Part shown: in pieces, positions 44,702 through 56,588 of the stretch | How the letters are laid out: every line of letters begins with the position of its first letter | How positions within the stretch are numbered: position 1 is the first letter of the stretch | Assembly (NCBI GenBank): GCA_001600695.1 | Contig: BCKQ01000005.1 | Coordinates: forward strand, 1,119,939 to 1,183,938 | Direction: 5' to 3' | From: Ascoidea asiatica JCM 7603 | Taxonomy: Eukaryota; Fungi; Ascomycota | DNA length: 64,000 bases | Notes under the pieces: model-generated | The model's database searches: none | The model's input: the letters and a program-made list of their open reading frames with translations, nothing else | Told to the model about the DNA's origin: nothing | Made by a program: the position numbers and the translations under genes

Positions 44702-45066
44702 TTATCAGATTGTATTACTCATAACTCTTGTTATCATTCACTAAAATTCATTCCTATCCTCTTTTTTAACAAAGTTAACAAAGCCAACTTTTTTCTCTTC
44801 TTTTTAATCTTTTATAAAATACATTTTCAATTTGAGATTATCCTAAAGGGGGTCATTCTATCAAAAAGTTATTATTATTAACTTAGAGGAGGAATAAAAA
44901 AAGAAGAAAATAGAATAAGAAAAAGCAAAAAAAAGGTTTATCAGAATATTAGGGAATATCAACTTACGTATTCTATCTTTTTAATAAATTATTATCTAAA
45001 GTTTTATTTAACGCTCTCTGTCACAATAGCTTTTTATAATATAATTCTGGGCATATAAGATCTATA

Positions 45067-45968
45067 ATGGCTTCTACTGTAACTCAAAATTCATTAACCG
45101 CTGAGGGTATTCTAAATGATATTCAAAATAAAACTACCATCACCACCATCACCACCACTACTACTGCTACTACTACTACTAATAATAATAATAGTAATAT
45201 TAGTAATTTAATTCAATCAAATTCATTTTCAATCTCAAATTCAAATTCAAACTCAAGTATAAATAATAATAATTTAAAACAAAGTTCAAATACATCTCCA
45301 ATAACTTCAATAAAAAGTAAAAATCAACAAACTAAAGAAAATAATAAAAATTTAGTTATTGATAATTTACCAACAAATCCAATCAAAAATTCAATTTCAA
45401 ATCCAATTCCAAATTATTCAAATCTTAATAATAAAATTTCAATAAATAATATTAATAACATTATCAATAACACTAATAATAATAATACTATTAATAAAAC
45501 TAAAGAGAAAAATTATTCAAATATCAATAAATCTCAAAATAATAATTCTCCCATTGATAATACTAATATTGAAATATCTTCAATTCGTTTACCACATTCA
45601 TCATTAAATAAAAAATCAATTCCAAGATCAACTTCACTTAATTTTAAAACTTTAACAAAAAAAAATTCTGGAAATCAATCAAGTAATTTAAATTCATATA
45701 ATAATTTTAAAAAAAATTCAAGTTTATCAAAAAATAATTTAAATTCAAGATCTTTAAAAAATTCAAAAAATTCATATAATTCAATGAAATCAATTAAAAA
45801 TTTCTTTACTAAAATATTTTTAAATTTATCTGAATTTAATAATAAATTAAAAACTTTAGCTGATCAAGTTTTATCTTCTGATGAAATTATTGAAGAATTG
45901 TTTGAAAATTCTGATTCTGATTCATTACGTGATTCAAATTTATTTTTACCTTTTAAGGATATAGATAA

Positions 45969-46008
<40 letters not shown>

Positions 46009-46734
46009 TTTAATAATCAAAATGATTTGAATAATACAAATATTATGCTGGGAAGTAATACTGTATTATATAATAATGATATAAATAAATCAAATTTTCA
46101 AAAATTTTTAGAATTAGATGTAACTCAATTAGCTAATCAACAAATTAAAAATAATCCTGAAACTCCATTTTCTGATGGTGAAAAATTATGGAATCTTCGT
46201 AGAGATCTTTGGTTAAAATCTGCTTCTCCTGATTATAATAATAATAAACATAAATTAGATTCTCATTCAACTAAAAATGATTCTAATTTAAATCCTACAA
46301 TAAGTTTAAATTCAAAAATATCTACAAAAATAAAAAATTCAATTAATAGTAGTAATAATAATGAACAAAAAATTATTAATTCAAATATTAATTCAAATTC
46401 AAATGTAAATAATAATGAACAAAATTTTATAAATAATGAATTATCTGAAACTGATATTAAATTAATTTTTAAAAAAAGATATTTAGAAACAAGTTTAAAT
46501 TCCTTAAATATACCAAAAGAAAAATATTCCGTAATTTATGAAAATTTATTTGTTCAAAATAAAGCTTTAAAAAGACCAATAAATTTAAAAGATATTATGC
46601 AAGTTATTAATGTTGGTTGGAGACTTCATAATGTTAATAATATAAATAATAATGTACCTTCAAGTAATAACAGATCTAATTTAACTGGTTTTACTAATAC
46701 TTATAATAGATATTCATTTTCAAAAAATAATTAA
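45067..46734 (+). CDS. GAG1: Gag1-like (YLR407W / DUF4050) protein, Asn-rich
   Basis: PFSDGEKLWNLRRDLW and IYENLFVQNKALKRPINLKDIMQVINVGW motifs; convergent with BLS1 as in S. cerevisiae. Confidence 0.75.
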
Positions 46735-47295
46735 TAATCATTCAATTCATATTATCTTTTTTTTTGTTTTTATTACCACATTATCATTATCATTATCATT
46801 TTCACTTCATTTTATTTGATTTTTTAAAATTTTTAATATTTTGTTTTTATATTGATTTTTGTTATTTACATTTCTTAATCAATTATTCATTCAAAATTTT
46901 CATTAACTAAAAATCATTTAATATCCTAATCATTTTATTTATCATTTAGTTATCATTTTATTTTGTTAATTTGAAAGTTATTTCTTTCTTGTCACATTCC
47001 CTTCGCTTTTAATGATTTTTTTCTTAATCAAATACTTTCTAGTTTCAATTTAATTTACTTTAATTTATTCTAATCTAATTTGATTTAATTAATGTTCATT
47101 TAATTTACTTTCTTCATTTAATTATATACTTAATCATCTATAGGTAAAAAAAAATTCATATAACCCCCATAAAAGCATTTTTCTTTTTTTTTCTCAAATT
47201 TTTTTTACTGTTTTTAAAAAAAAAAAACATAAATTTTGCAATAAAAAGATCTAAATTTTGAAAATTTGGTAATGAAATAAGCCAAATAAAAAATA

Positions 47296-47979
47296 TTACA
47301 ATTGTTTATTTGATTCTATTAATCTTACTGTATTTTCCAAAATTCTTATTCTTTGATCTATAATTTCTGCATGTTTTTGTAATTTATTTGCTTCATCTAA
47401 TAAAATTTTTTCTTTTTTTAAATGATTTTCAAATTTTTTATTGGATTTCTTTAAATAATTAAAACTATCATTCATTACATTAAATTGTTTTTGAATAGTT
47501 TTATCATTATCATGAACTTGTTTGATTTTATATAATGATTGATTTTCATTAAAATTTTTATCATTATTATTAACTTCATTAAAGAAGTTTAAATTTAAAC
47601 CAATGTTTAAATTATCTGGAATTAAAGATTTTAAAAAACTGGATTCTTTTATTGTACTTTTATTATTTACAAATTTTTTTAAATTCGAACTCAATTGTTT
47701 ATGTAAAGTTTCATTTTCTATTAATTTCTTTGATTTCAATTGATTTGCTTTCTGAACCATTCTTTTCAAATCATTACTAGATACGCCAGAGATATCTTTG
47801 GTTTTACCATTGTTACTATTATTCCTATTGTCATTATTATTTGATCGATTGTTACTGTTATTATTGTTGTCATTGTTATAATTACTATCATAATCACTCA
47901 TATAATCTCCTTCTTCGTCATTATAACTTCCATAGCTATTGAAGCTATCTACTATACTACTTGTCTGGGAATCACTCAT
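47296..47979 (-). CDS. BLS1: BLOC-1 subunit Bls1
   Basis: C-terminal LQKHAEIIDQRIRILENTVRLIE resembles Bls1 [23 protein letters not shown] as recalled; synteny with GAG1, UTP21 and VIP1. Confidence 0.7.
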   Translation of the reverse strand: MSDSQTSSIVDSFNSYGSYNDEEGDYMSDYDSNYNNDNNNNSNNRSNNNDNRNNSNNGKTKDISGVSSNDLKRMVQKANQLKSKKLIENETLHKQLSSNLKKFVNNKSTIKESSFLKSLIPDNLNIGLNLNFFNEVNNNDKNFNENQSLYKIKQVHDNDKTIQKQFNVMNDSFNYLKKSNKKFENHLKKEKILLDEANKLQKHAEIIDQRIRILENTVRLIESNKQL

Positions 47980-48308
47980 TGCTACACGTTTTCAATTCTT
48001 GAATATGGAATACAGTTCATTATCATTAATCTATTTACATTTAAAGGATTTTCTGAAGAAAAGCTTTATTAATCTATAAAACACAAATTCATAAAGTTCT
48101 TTACCTTTCATTCTCCTATTTGGTTAAAATTAATTGTTTGTCTCCGAAGCTTCCTCTTTGTTATTTAACAAACTAAAATCGGGTAAAACTCTGGAATATA
48201 TTTATAGAGCCCTGTTTTTAGGGCTACTGCTACTTTTATAATAAAAGTCAAATGGCAACTCAAAAAAAATATATTCAAAAATACATTCAAAAATACATTT
48301 TTTTCTTT

Positions 48309-49595
48309 TCAAATATTTCTATTTTGATAATTCCAAAATGATTTCCAAACTAATTTGTAATGATTGAATTTAGAATCCAACAACTGAGAATTATCTCTGT
48401 CATCAAGACTGATGAGATTGAAATCTTTTGATTCTAAATTCTTTAAAAAAATCTCAATTGGTATAGAGTTTAAAAATGGAACAAATAAAGAATCTGATAC
48501 ATTTTTTTTCCATTTCAAACTTTGTTTTAATATCAATTCATCATCTTTATTTATTTGACCATTTAATTTTTTTGTTTTTATTTCTTGGATTATTTTATTT
48601 GTTTCTTCTTTTAATTGTTTCAATTTATATCTTGCTGTAAGTAAATGATCATTAGCAACTGTAGACATTTCAAAAATTATATCTTTTGTTTTATTTTCTA
48701 ATTGAATATCTTTTTTATCTTTTATTGATTTTTTAGAATTACTATTATTTAAATAACGTAATAAAGATTCTTGAGATAAATCAAATTTTGTCATTAAATC
48801 TATTGGTAATACAATAATATTTTTTTTTGAATAATATTTTAATCTCATTAAAAGAATTGCAATTCCATTACTTTGTCCTATATGAGCAGCAATATCAGTT
48901 ATTAAATTTCTTAAAATTTCTGATTTTTCTAATAATTTTATTGAAGAAGGTGATATAATTTCACTTAATAATATAGATTGTTGAATATATAAAATTTGAG
49001 AATAAATTCCTTCACCAAATGAACAAATCTCATTAATATTTTGAAATTTATAATTCTTTCTTAATATTTCTTTTGTTGAATTTAAATAAGTTTGAAAAAA
49101 GTCTAAATTTATATTTATTCCAGATTTGATTGATTCTTTAAGTAACATAAATATTGGTTGATTACTATTTCCAATCAATGGACTTGTTTTCTTTGTATTT
49201 GTTCCATTTGTATTTGTAATTGATGATGTTTCTAATTTGTATAAATTATCTGTCCAAAATTTAAATTTCAAATCAATAAAATCAACTCCATTATTATTAC
49301 CAAAATAATCATTTGAACCTCTATTAAAATTATTAATTTTGGATATTTCCAATTGAAATGCCTTTAAGGCTAAAAAAGCATCTCTGGTTGGTTCAGGGAA
49401 ATATGCTGATAAGATATATGATGATCTATCAAACTTCTCAAGATCACCTTTAATATTTATTCTTGCATGTTCCAATTTTTCTTGATTGATTGAAACATTA
49501 TTAAACAAAATCAATGAAGTACTGAATTGCTTTACCCTTCCAAAATTGACAGAATTTTGCTTCAATTTATTGAAAACAAGTATCGTTTTTATCAT
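48309..49595 (-). CDS. Mitochondrial complex I assembly factor NDUFAF6 homologue (squalene/phytoene synthase fold)
   Basis: Presequence-like N-terminus; DRSSYILSAYFP..RDAFLALKAFQLE, KFKFW, AAHIGQ, LPIDLM and ANDHLLTAR. Confidence 0.85.
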   Translation of the reverse strand: MIKTILVFNKLKQNSVNFGRVKQFSTSLILFNNVSINQEKLEHARINIKGDLEKFDRSSYILSAYFPEPTRDAFLALKAFQLEISKINNFNRGSNDYFGNNNGVDFIDLKFKFWTDNLYKLETSSITNTNGTNTKKTSPLIGNSNQPIFMLLKESIKSGININLDFFQTYLNSTKEILRKNYKFQNINEICSFGEGIYSQILYIQQSILLSEIISPSSIKLLEKSEILRNLITDIAAHIGQSNGIAILLMRLKYYSKKNIIVLPIDLMTKFDLSQESLLRYLNNSNSKKSIKDKKDIQLENKTKDIIFEMSTVANDHLLTARYKLKQLKEETNKIIQEIKTKKLNGQINKDDELILKQSLKWKKNVSDSLFVPFLNSIPIEIFLKNLESKDFNLISLDDRDNSQLLDSKFNHYKLVWKSFWNYQNRNI

Positions 49596-49799
49596 TTTCT
49601 ATTACTTTATCACTCCTATTGATTATCGATTTCAATCACTCACTTTAATCTTCCACTTTAATCTTTCATTTCAATTGCAGTTTCCACCAATCCCAAATCT
49701 TCAATTACAAATATCAAATACAAAATTCGATTTAAATTTGTTCTTTGCATACAAAAACAAAAATAGAAATAGGTGAGATAAAAATATATTATACTGAGT

Positions 49800-49807
49800 G
49801 TCACGTG
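49800..49807 (+). promoter_or_regulatory. Cbf1-type site GTCACGTG upstream of the NDUFAF6-like gene
   Basis: Exact match about 205 bp upstream of the ATG. Confidence 0.5.
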
Positions 49808-49954
49808 GCGTGCTAAAAATAATGTTACATAAAAAAATTGATTTTACACTAATAAATTAAAACAGTTTTGACATAACAAAAAAATGTTTTGTCAAAATCC
49901 AAAGAAGCACCAATAAAAGTACTAAATTGAACAAAGAAATAGAAATAAACAAAT

Positions 49955-50605
49955 TCATACTTTTACTCGTTTCAATACTTTACCATCATCAACTCTTTCA
50001 TTTCGAAATTCCTCATCAATTATTTTCTTTGAAGTTTTTTTATCATCTTTTTCTGATTCTTTAATCAGTTTTTTTGAGCTATTAACATTATCTGTATTGA
50101 TATTATTATTATTAGATGTATTAAAACTATTATTTTTATCAGAATTTATATTGGTGTTAGGGTGAGGATTGACTTTATCGTTTTTATTTTTATTATCTTC
50201 ATTATCATTATCTTCATTATCATTATCGTTTTTTTCATCATTTGAGAGAGTGAAATTTAAATAAAATTGTTCAAATAATAATTTCCTTTCATTCATAATC
50301 TTTCTTTTAATTGAATCTTCATTAATATCATTCCAAATATTAAATAAATTTTTATTAAAAATTATTTCATTTTTTTTCTTTATTGAAGTTGGAATTGTTA
50401 AAAAATTTTCATATTTTATTGAATAAATTGCAATTGACATTCCATCATGATTTAACCAAGATCTTGAATTTAAATTATTTCTAAAACTTCCAGTATATTC
50501 TTTTAAAGTTGGTAAAATAATAATATCAACAGATAAATCTGATTGATTTTTTGTATTTTTATAAGTATAAAGATAATTATTTATTTCTTTACTTGTATAA
50601 TGAGG

Positions 50606-50647
<42 letters not shown>

Positions 50648-51476
50648 TAATTCAAATTTTGAAAATGAATCAAAACTTGAAATTTCTTTAATAATTTTTA
50701 AATTATTATTAATAATATTTAATTTATTTAATTTATCACCAGGAGTTAATTTTTTTTTAAAAGTTTTTCCAACAAGTTTTTTAAAATTTTTATATTCTTT
50801 TAAAAAAATTGAATTATTTAAAAGTAAATTATCATTAATATTTTGTGATAAAAATAAATCATTTGAATCTTCATCTATAAAACCACAATGTTTTAAAATT
50901 GAAATAATATCACTATCATCAGTATAAATATCAGTACCCCATAAAGGTCTTTTTTTAAAAGATAAATTTGGATTATTTATAGAATTTAAATAATAATGTG
51001 GAATTTTTATTGTTAATAAACAATTTATAAAATTTTTTAAATTTGGTAATAATGGTAAATTATTTAAATTATTTAAATTTTTAAAATTATTATTAAAATT
51101 ATTATTAAAATTAATTAAATTTAATTGATTATAAGTTTCTAAAGTTGGATTTAAAGTATATAAAATTGAACCAAGATGTTTTCTTGGGAATTTATTTGCA
51201 AAATTTAAAATATCATCATTTAAAAAAATTATTTCATTTTTAATATATGGTTCAATAATTATTTTTGATTTTAATTTTAAATTTGAATTTAAATTTGAAT
51301 TTAATTTAAGATTTTTATTAATTTGATTAATTTGATTATTTAAATTTGATAATGGAATTGGATTAGAATTATGTAAATTAATTATATGAGAATGATGAGA
51401 AGTATTTTGTTGAATTATGATTCTATGATGATGATGATTATTTTTATTATCACAAGTATTTGAATTTATATGTAAG

Positions 51477-51516
<40 letters not shown>

Positions 51517-52069
51517 CATTATTTAATAAATTTGATAAATTATTTGATCTTTCTCTTTCTCTTTGATTAATTTGATTATTTAAAGGATTTGAATAATCTT
51601 TTGAATAATCTTTTGAATAATCTTTTGAATAAATAATTTGATTTGAATTTAAATTTGAATTTAATAAAGATCTATTTTGAATATTTGAAATTGAAGGTAA
51701 ATTAGATTGTAATTTAAAGTTATTATTATTATTATTATTATTATTGTTATTTGAAGAAGAAGAAGATAATGAAGAAGATGGTCTATTAGTATTAAGTAAT
51801 TGAGATTGAGACTGTGATTGAGAATGAGATTGATTTGAAGATGAAGGATGAGAAGATTCAGGAGATAAAAGAGAAGAAATTGGTAATGAAGAATGATGAG
51901 AATTATTTGTATTTATGTTTGTATTTGAATTTGCTGATAATGAAGATATTGGAGGTAATTTTATTCTTTGATTATTATTATTATTATCGTAAATATTTTG
52001 TAAATTTGATGAAAACATTGGATTTAATAAATTTCTATTATTATTTGAATCTGAGTTTTGATTTGACAT
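49955..52069 (-). CDS. RXT3: Rpd3L histone deacetylase complex subunit Rxt3
   Basis: RKHLGSILY, LWGTDIYTDDSDIISILKHCG and NSRSWLNHDGMS. Confidence 0.9.
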
Positions 52070-52534
52070 TGAAAAGAGAAAAATTCGATAAAGTTATTCA
52101 AATTAAATATTTAATTAATTAAAATCTTTAATATCTTTAATATATTGAATATCTATCATTCGAGATATATATAGTATATATTTTATTATAAATATTATTA
52201 TTAATGATAACAGAATAGAAATAGAAATAGAAATAGAAATAGAAATAGGAATATAAATGGATAGCTAAGTCGTATAGGGTATTTAATTTATAAAAGGATT
52301 ATTAAAGAGTTTGATGAAATAAGATAAAGATAAAATTCAATAAATTAATAATAATAAATTAATAATAAAAGTCTGAGAAGTTTTTTAATTGTTTTGATTG
52401 TCTTAATTGTTTTGAGTACTTAGAGTATTTTTCAGTATGTTTTGATATGTTTTGGTATGTTTTGATATGAAAAACAATGGAGATTTAATCAAATAGACAG
52501 AGAAAAGAACCAAAGGGTGGATCAAAAGCTATTT

Positions 52535-52597
52535 AATGAATATAAATGAATATAAATGAATATAAATGAATATAAATGAATATAAATGAATATAAAT
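52535..52597. repeat. 10-bp tandem repeat AATGAATATA x6
   Basis: Read directly; lies upstream of RXT3. Confidence 0.9.
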
Positions 52598-52806
52598 AGA
52601 ATAGTATAAAATGTTTAATCTTATGAATATCAAATAATATCAAAAATCATATTTAATATTTGATATTTGATATTTGATATTAAATATTTGATAATTGATA
52701 ATTGATAATGTATAATTATTATTGAGTATTTTAGTATTTTCAGGTGTATTTTGTTGTTTTAAGAGGAGTTCACTTCGAGTACGGGAACTGGCAACGGGGG
52801 AAAGAT

Positions 52807-52867
52807 CAGAGACAGAGACAGAGACAGAGACAGAGAGAGAGAGAGGGAGAGGGAGAGAAGAAAGAGA
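52807..52867. repeat. (CAGAGA)n/(GA)n purine-rich tract in the RXT3 promoter island, next to CACGTG (52869)
   Basis: Read directly. Confidence 0.85.
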
Positions 52868-53695
52868 GCACGTGAGGGAATAAAGAGTCATGTGATGCTT
52901 TAGAATACCATGAGACCATAAACACGGATTCTTTACTTTTATCATGGCTTCTTTTGTTGGAGAAAATGTTGTGATTGGTTGGTGGGTGGCAAAACAGTTA
53001 ACTATGGTATCTATGTCTATTACTTATTTGATTATTTCACATTTATTTATATTCATATTTATTTATATACTTTAGAAAGTAAAGAAGAAACAAATTATAG
53101 AAAGAGAAATACTGTAAGATATATTAAAAGTTATCAACAAATTGATTAGTTATTTGTTTTAGAGTTTTAGTGTTTTAGTTATAACAAGATAACAAGATAA
53201 CAAGATAACAAGATAACAAGATATAACAAAACAAAACGATTAAATAAATTAAATACGATATAATAAAATAAGATATTAAAAACAAGACTAAAAACTAAAA
53301 AAAAATAAAATAAATTCAAAAAAGCAATAGAAAAAAAATGAAAAAAAGTGAAAAAAAAAAGAATAATAAAAAAATATTAAGTTGATTAAATGTTTCATTA
53401 TACAATAATTATATAAAAAACTATTACTTTTTATAACTATTTCACAATTTCTTTAATTCAAATTATCTAATCTAATATAATATTGTAATTGTAAAATTGT
53501 AAAATTGTGAATTGGATTAAAAAATTTAAACTTGAAAAAAGTTAATAAATAAAGATTAAAAAATGAATAAACTAAAAAAGGTGGTGGGTGAATAATAAAA
53601 TAATAAAATAATAAAATGATTGATATTTGATATTTGATATTTGATAATTGATAATTGATAATTGATAATTGATTAATTGATTGATTGAAAGACTA

Positions 53696-53734
<39 letters not shown>

Positions 53735-53783
53735 TATATTATTTTTCTTTTATATAAATATTAAATATTAAATATTATTAAAA

Positions 53784-54545
53784 TTACATCACAATACAAC
53801 ATCCTCCTCCACTTGATCTATCTTTTGAATATGATGAATTAATATTATGTTTACCATTATTAAAACCATTTGGTCCAGAAATATCATCATCATCTATTTG
53901 TTCTCCATTATTATTATGAGAATTATTATTATGAGAATTATTATGAGAATTATTATTATGAGAATTATTATTATTATTATTATTATTAATATCATCTATT
54001 GGTGGATTTTCTGATAATTCATTTTGTTTTCTAATAATTCTAACTAATGAATAAAATGCATCTTCAACATGAATTCTTTGTTTTGCAGAAGTTTCTAAAA
54101 ATGGACATGAAAATTGTCTTGCTAAAGCTACACCTTCTTCATAACTTACTTGTCTTTCATCTTCTAAATCACATTTATTACCAACAACTAATACAGGTAC
54201 AAAATCAGAATCTTTAACTCTTAAAATTTGTTGATAAAATGTAATTAATTCTTCAAATGATGATCTTGAAGTTACTGAATAAACTAAAAGAAAACCTTCA
54301 CCAGTTCTCATATATTGTTCTCTCATTGCAGAATATTCTTCTTGACCTGCAGTATCTAAAACATCTAATAAAGCATTTTCATTATCAATTAAACATTGTT
54401 TTCTATAAGAATCTTCAATAGTTGGATCATATTCATCAACAAAATGTGATTGTATAAGTTGAATAGTTAAAGCAGATTTACCAACTCCACCACCTCCAAC
54501 AACAACTAATTTATATTCTTTAATTACGTTACCTCTTCCAGACAT
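53784..54545 (-). CDS. RAS1: Ras small GTPase
   Basis: [34 protein letters not shown]; C-terminal CCIVM (palmitoylation Cys plus CaaX). Confidence 0.97.
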   Translation of the reverse strand: MSGRGNVIKEYKLVVVGGGGVGKSALTIQLIQSHFVDEYDPTIEDSYRKQCLIDNENALLDVLDTAGQEEYSAMREQYMRTGEGFLLVYSVTSRSSFEELITFYQQILRVKDSDFVPVLVVGNKCDLEDERQVSYEEGVALARQFSCPFLETSAKQRIHVEDAFYSLVRIIRKQNELSENPPIDDINNNNNNNNSHNNNSHNNSHNNNSHNNNGEQIDDDDISGPNGFNNGKHNINSSYSKDRSSGGGCCIVM

Positions 54546-56238
54546 TATTAATATATAAAAAATTTATGGAAATTAAAATAGATTATAAATTATAAGATTG
54601 TATTAATATTTTGAATTATTTAAGTTATTATGATATAATATATATTTACTTTTATATCTTATATTTATATCTTATATTTATATATATTTCTTATATTTAT
54701 ATATATTTATATTTTAAGTATATTATTATATTATTATATTATTATATTAAATTTTTTTAAGTGAGACTGAAATTTTTAAATTTTTCTATTGATATTATAT
54801 TGATAAACTATTTTAATACTTAAAGGATTAAATAATTAAATAATTAGGAAATAATCAATTGATTGATATAATATGGATTTATTATAAATTAGATAAATTT
54901 GATTCAATTATTAAAAAGAATAATTAAATAAATCCTTTCAGTTCATAAATGAAATAAACTAAATTCAAGGAAATGTGAAGAAGAAGTAAATGAAATATAT
55001 TTTATTTTAGAAAAACAATCAATTTTATTACAGTACTACGTATTACTATTATTATTACTATTATTATTATTATTACGGTATGATTACTATTGTTGGTGGG
55101 TAAGAGCAGTATGGGAAGGAAAAGATGTGAAGTGGACGAAACAGGTGTTAGCTGTTAACAATACTTTAGTGCTACAGTGCTCTAAATATCTGCTCGCAGT
55201 GTCTGGAGTGTCCAGAGTAAACTAGGTGGAGGTGGTGGCGCAATACTGACTCACTCACGGGGCACGCGCTGCCTGGTGCTTCGGAGAGGGAGAGGAAGTT
55301 CCATTTCTATGGGGCTGCATCCAGCTCGATTCAGCTCGATCTGGGTGGGTGCTCTTTCTCGCCTGGGAAACACCGCTGGGAATGTTGCTTTCAGATATCA
55401 TACAAATAAGAGAAATGCACCGCCACCAAGTTAAAATAAAACTGATTGATTTCGTTTCGGCGGTGGTTCTGTTGCTTACCTTACATTGATCTCCTTGACA
55501 ACTTGTTACTTTCTCCACCTATTGTTACAGGGAAACAATGCTATTGTCATAAAACTGCGCTAGGACAGCCCACACATTGCACTCACATATTTAGGACACC
55601 GGTTTTTTTATGCAGTCAATGCGACCCGTAAACATGAACACTCAATTGTTATGTGATGTACGCAGTCACAGACCGCGCTAAACCTTCCTAAACTGAATTT
55701 ACCATTTCAATTTCAATTTCAATTTCAATTTCATTCATATTCCTCATGATTTTCTTATCATTTATTTTTTGATTTAGCAAAATAAAGTGCCTTATATAAA
55801 GGTCAGGTTTTTTTTGTGTATTATTCAGTACAATCTCAAGTAATGCCAATAAAGAATAAAAGGCAGGTAAGGTACAATACAATGTAGTAAGTTTGCGATA
55901 AATTAAAAAAAAAAGAAAATATGATTACAATTTGCCTTATGTTTCTTGAGATTTATGAAAATTGGTTAAAATTCAATTCAATTTATTCAAAGAGAATTCC
56001 TTTTCAATATTTAAAGCCCTGTTTAAATTATAATAATTTTGCGTGTTTGACCTTCCGTTCCAGCTGGAGTCACGCCTCCTCACAGATGGAAAGTACTGCT
56101 CGGTAGGTGGTCTGTGCTTTGCGCCGTAATACATCTCGAGAATAATTTGTCTGCAAAATTGATGAATTTATTTCCCAAATTTGCAAACTTTGGGAAATCA
56201 TGCAAAAGTGTCTGAGGTGTCTGTAACCAGGACGAGGT

Positions 56239-56286
56239 GTGCTTGCAAGTGCTCACAAGTGCTTACAAGTGCTCACAAGTGCTCAC
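56239..56286 (+). repeat. 10-bp tandem repeat GTGCTYRCAA x4.8
   Basis: Read directly. Confidence 0.9.
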
Positions 56287-56588
56287 CGGTTCCTCATACC
56301 TGCACTGTGTTGTTTGCTGCCCACCGAAGATCTGAACCCCCGGGCGCTTTTGATGTCAATTCAGGGACACACCACTCATCCCAAATCAGGAGAATACTCG
56401 TCCTACATTCACATGGAATTTTAGTGCTAATAAATAAATAAATAAATAAATAAATAAAAATACTTTCAATCAATTCACAGGAAACAGAATCTGCTGGAAG
56501 AGATGAAATGAAAGAAAATATCAAAGAATATTCAATTAATCAATTATTCTATAAAGTCTATATTTAAAGCAACTAATAATGATCTTAA

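Noticed and set aside
49800-49905. Point-centromere-like layout: GTCACGTG, 77 bp AT-rich spacer, then TGTTTTG
   Set aside because: The spacer is only about 80% AT and the essential CDEIII CCG core is absent; a promoter Cbf1 site is the simpler reading.
52985-52993. Rpn4 PACE match GGTGGCAAA upstream of RXT3
   Set aside because: It is a single hit about 900 bp from the ATG of a non-proteasomal gene, which is insufficient support.
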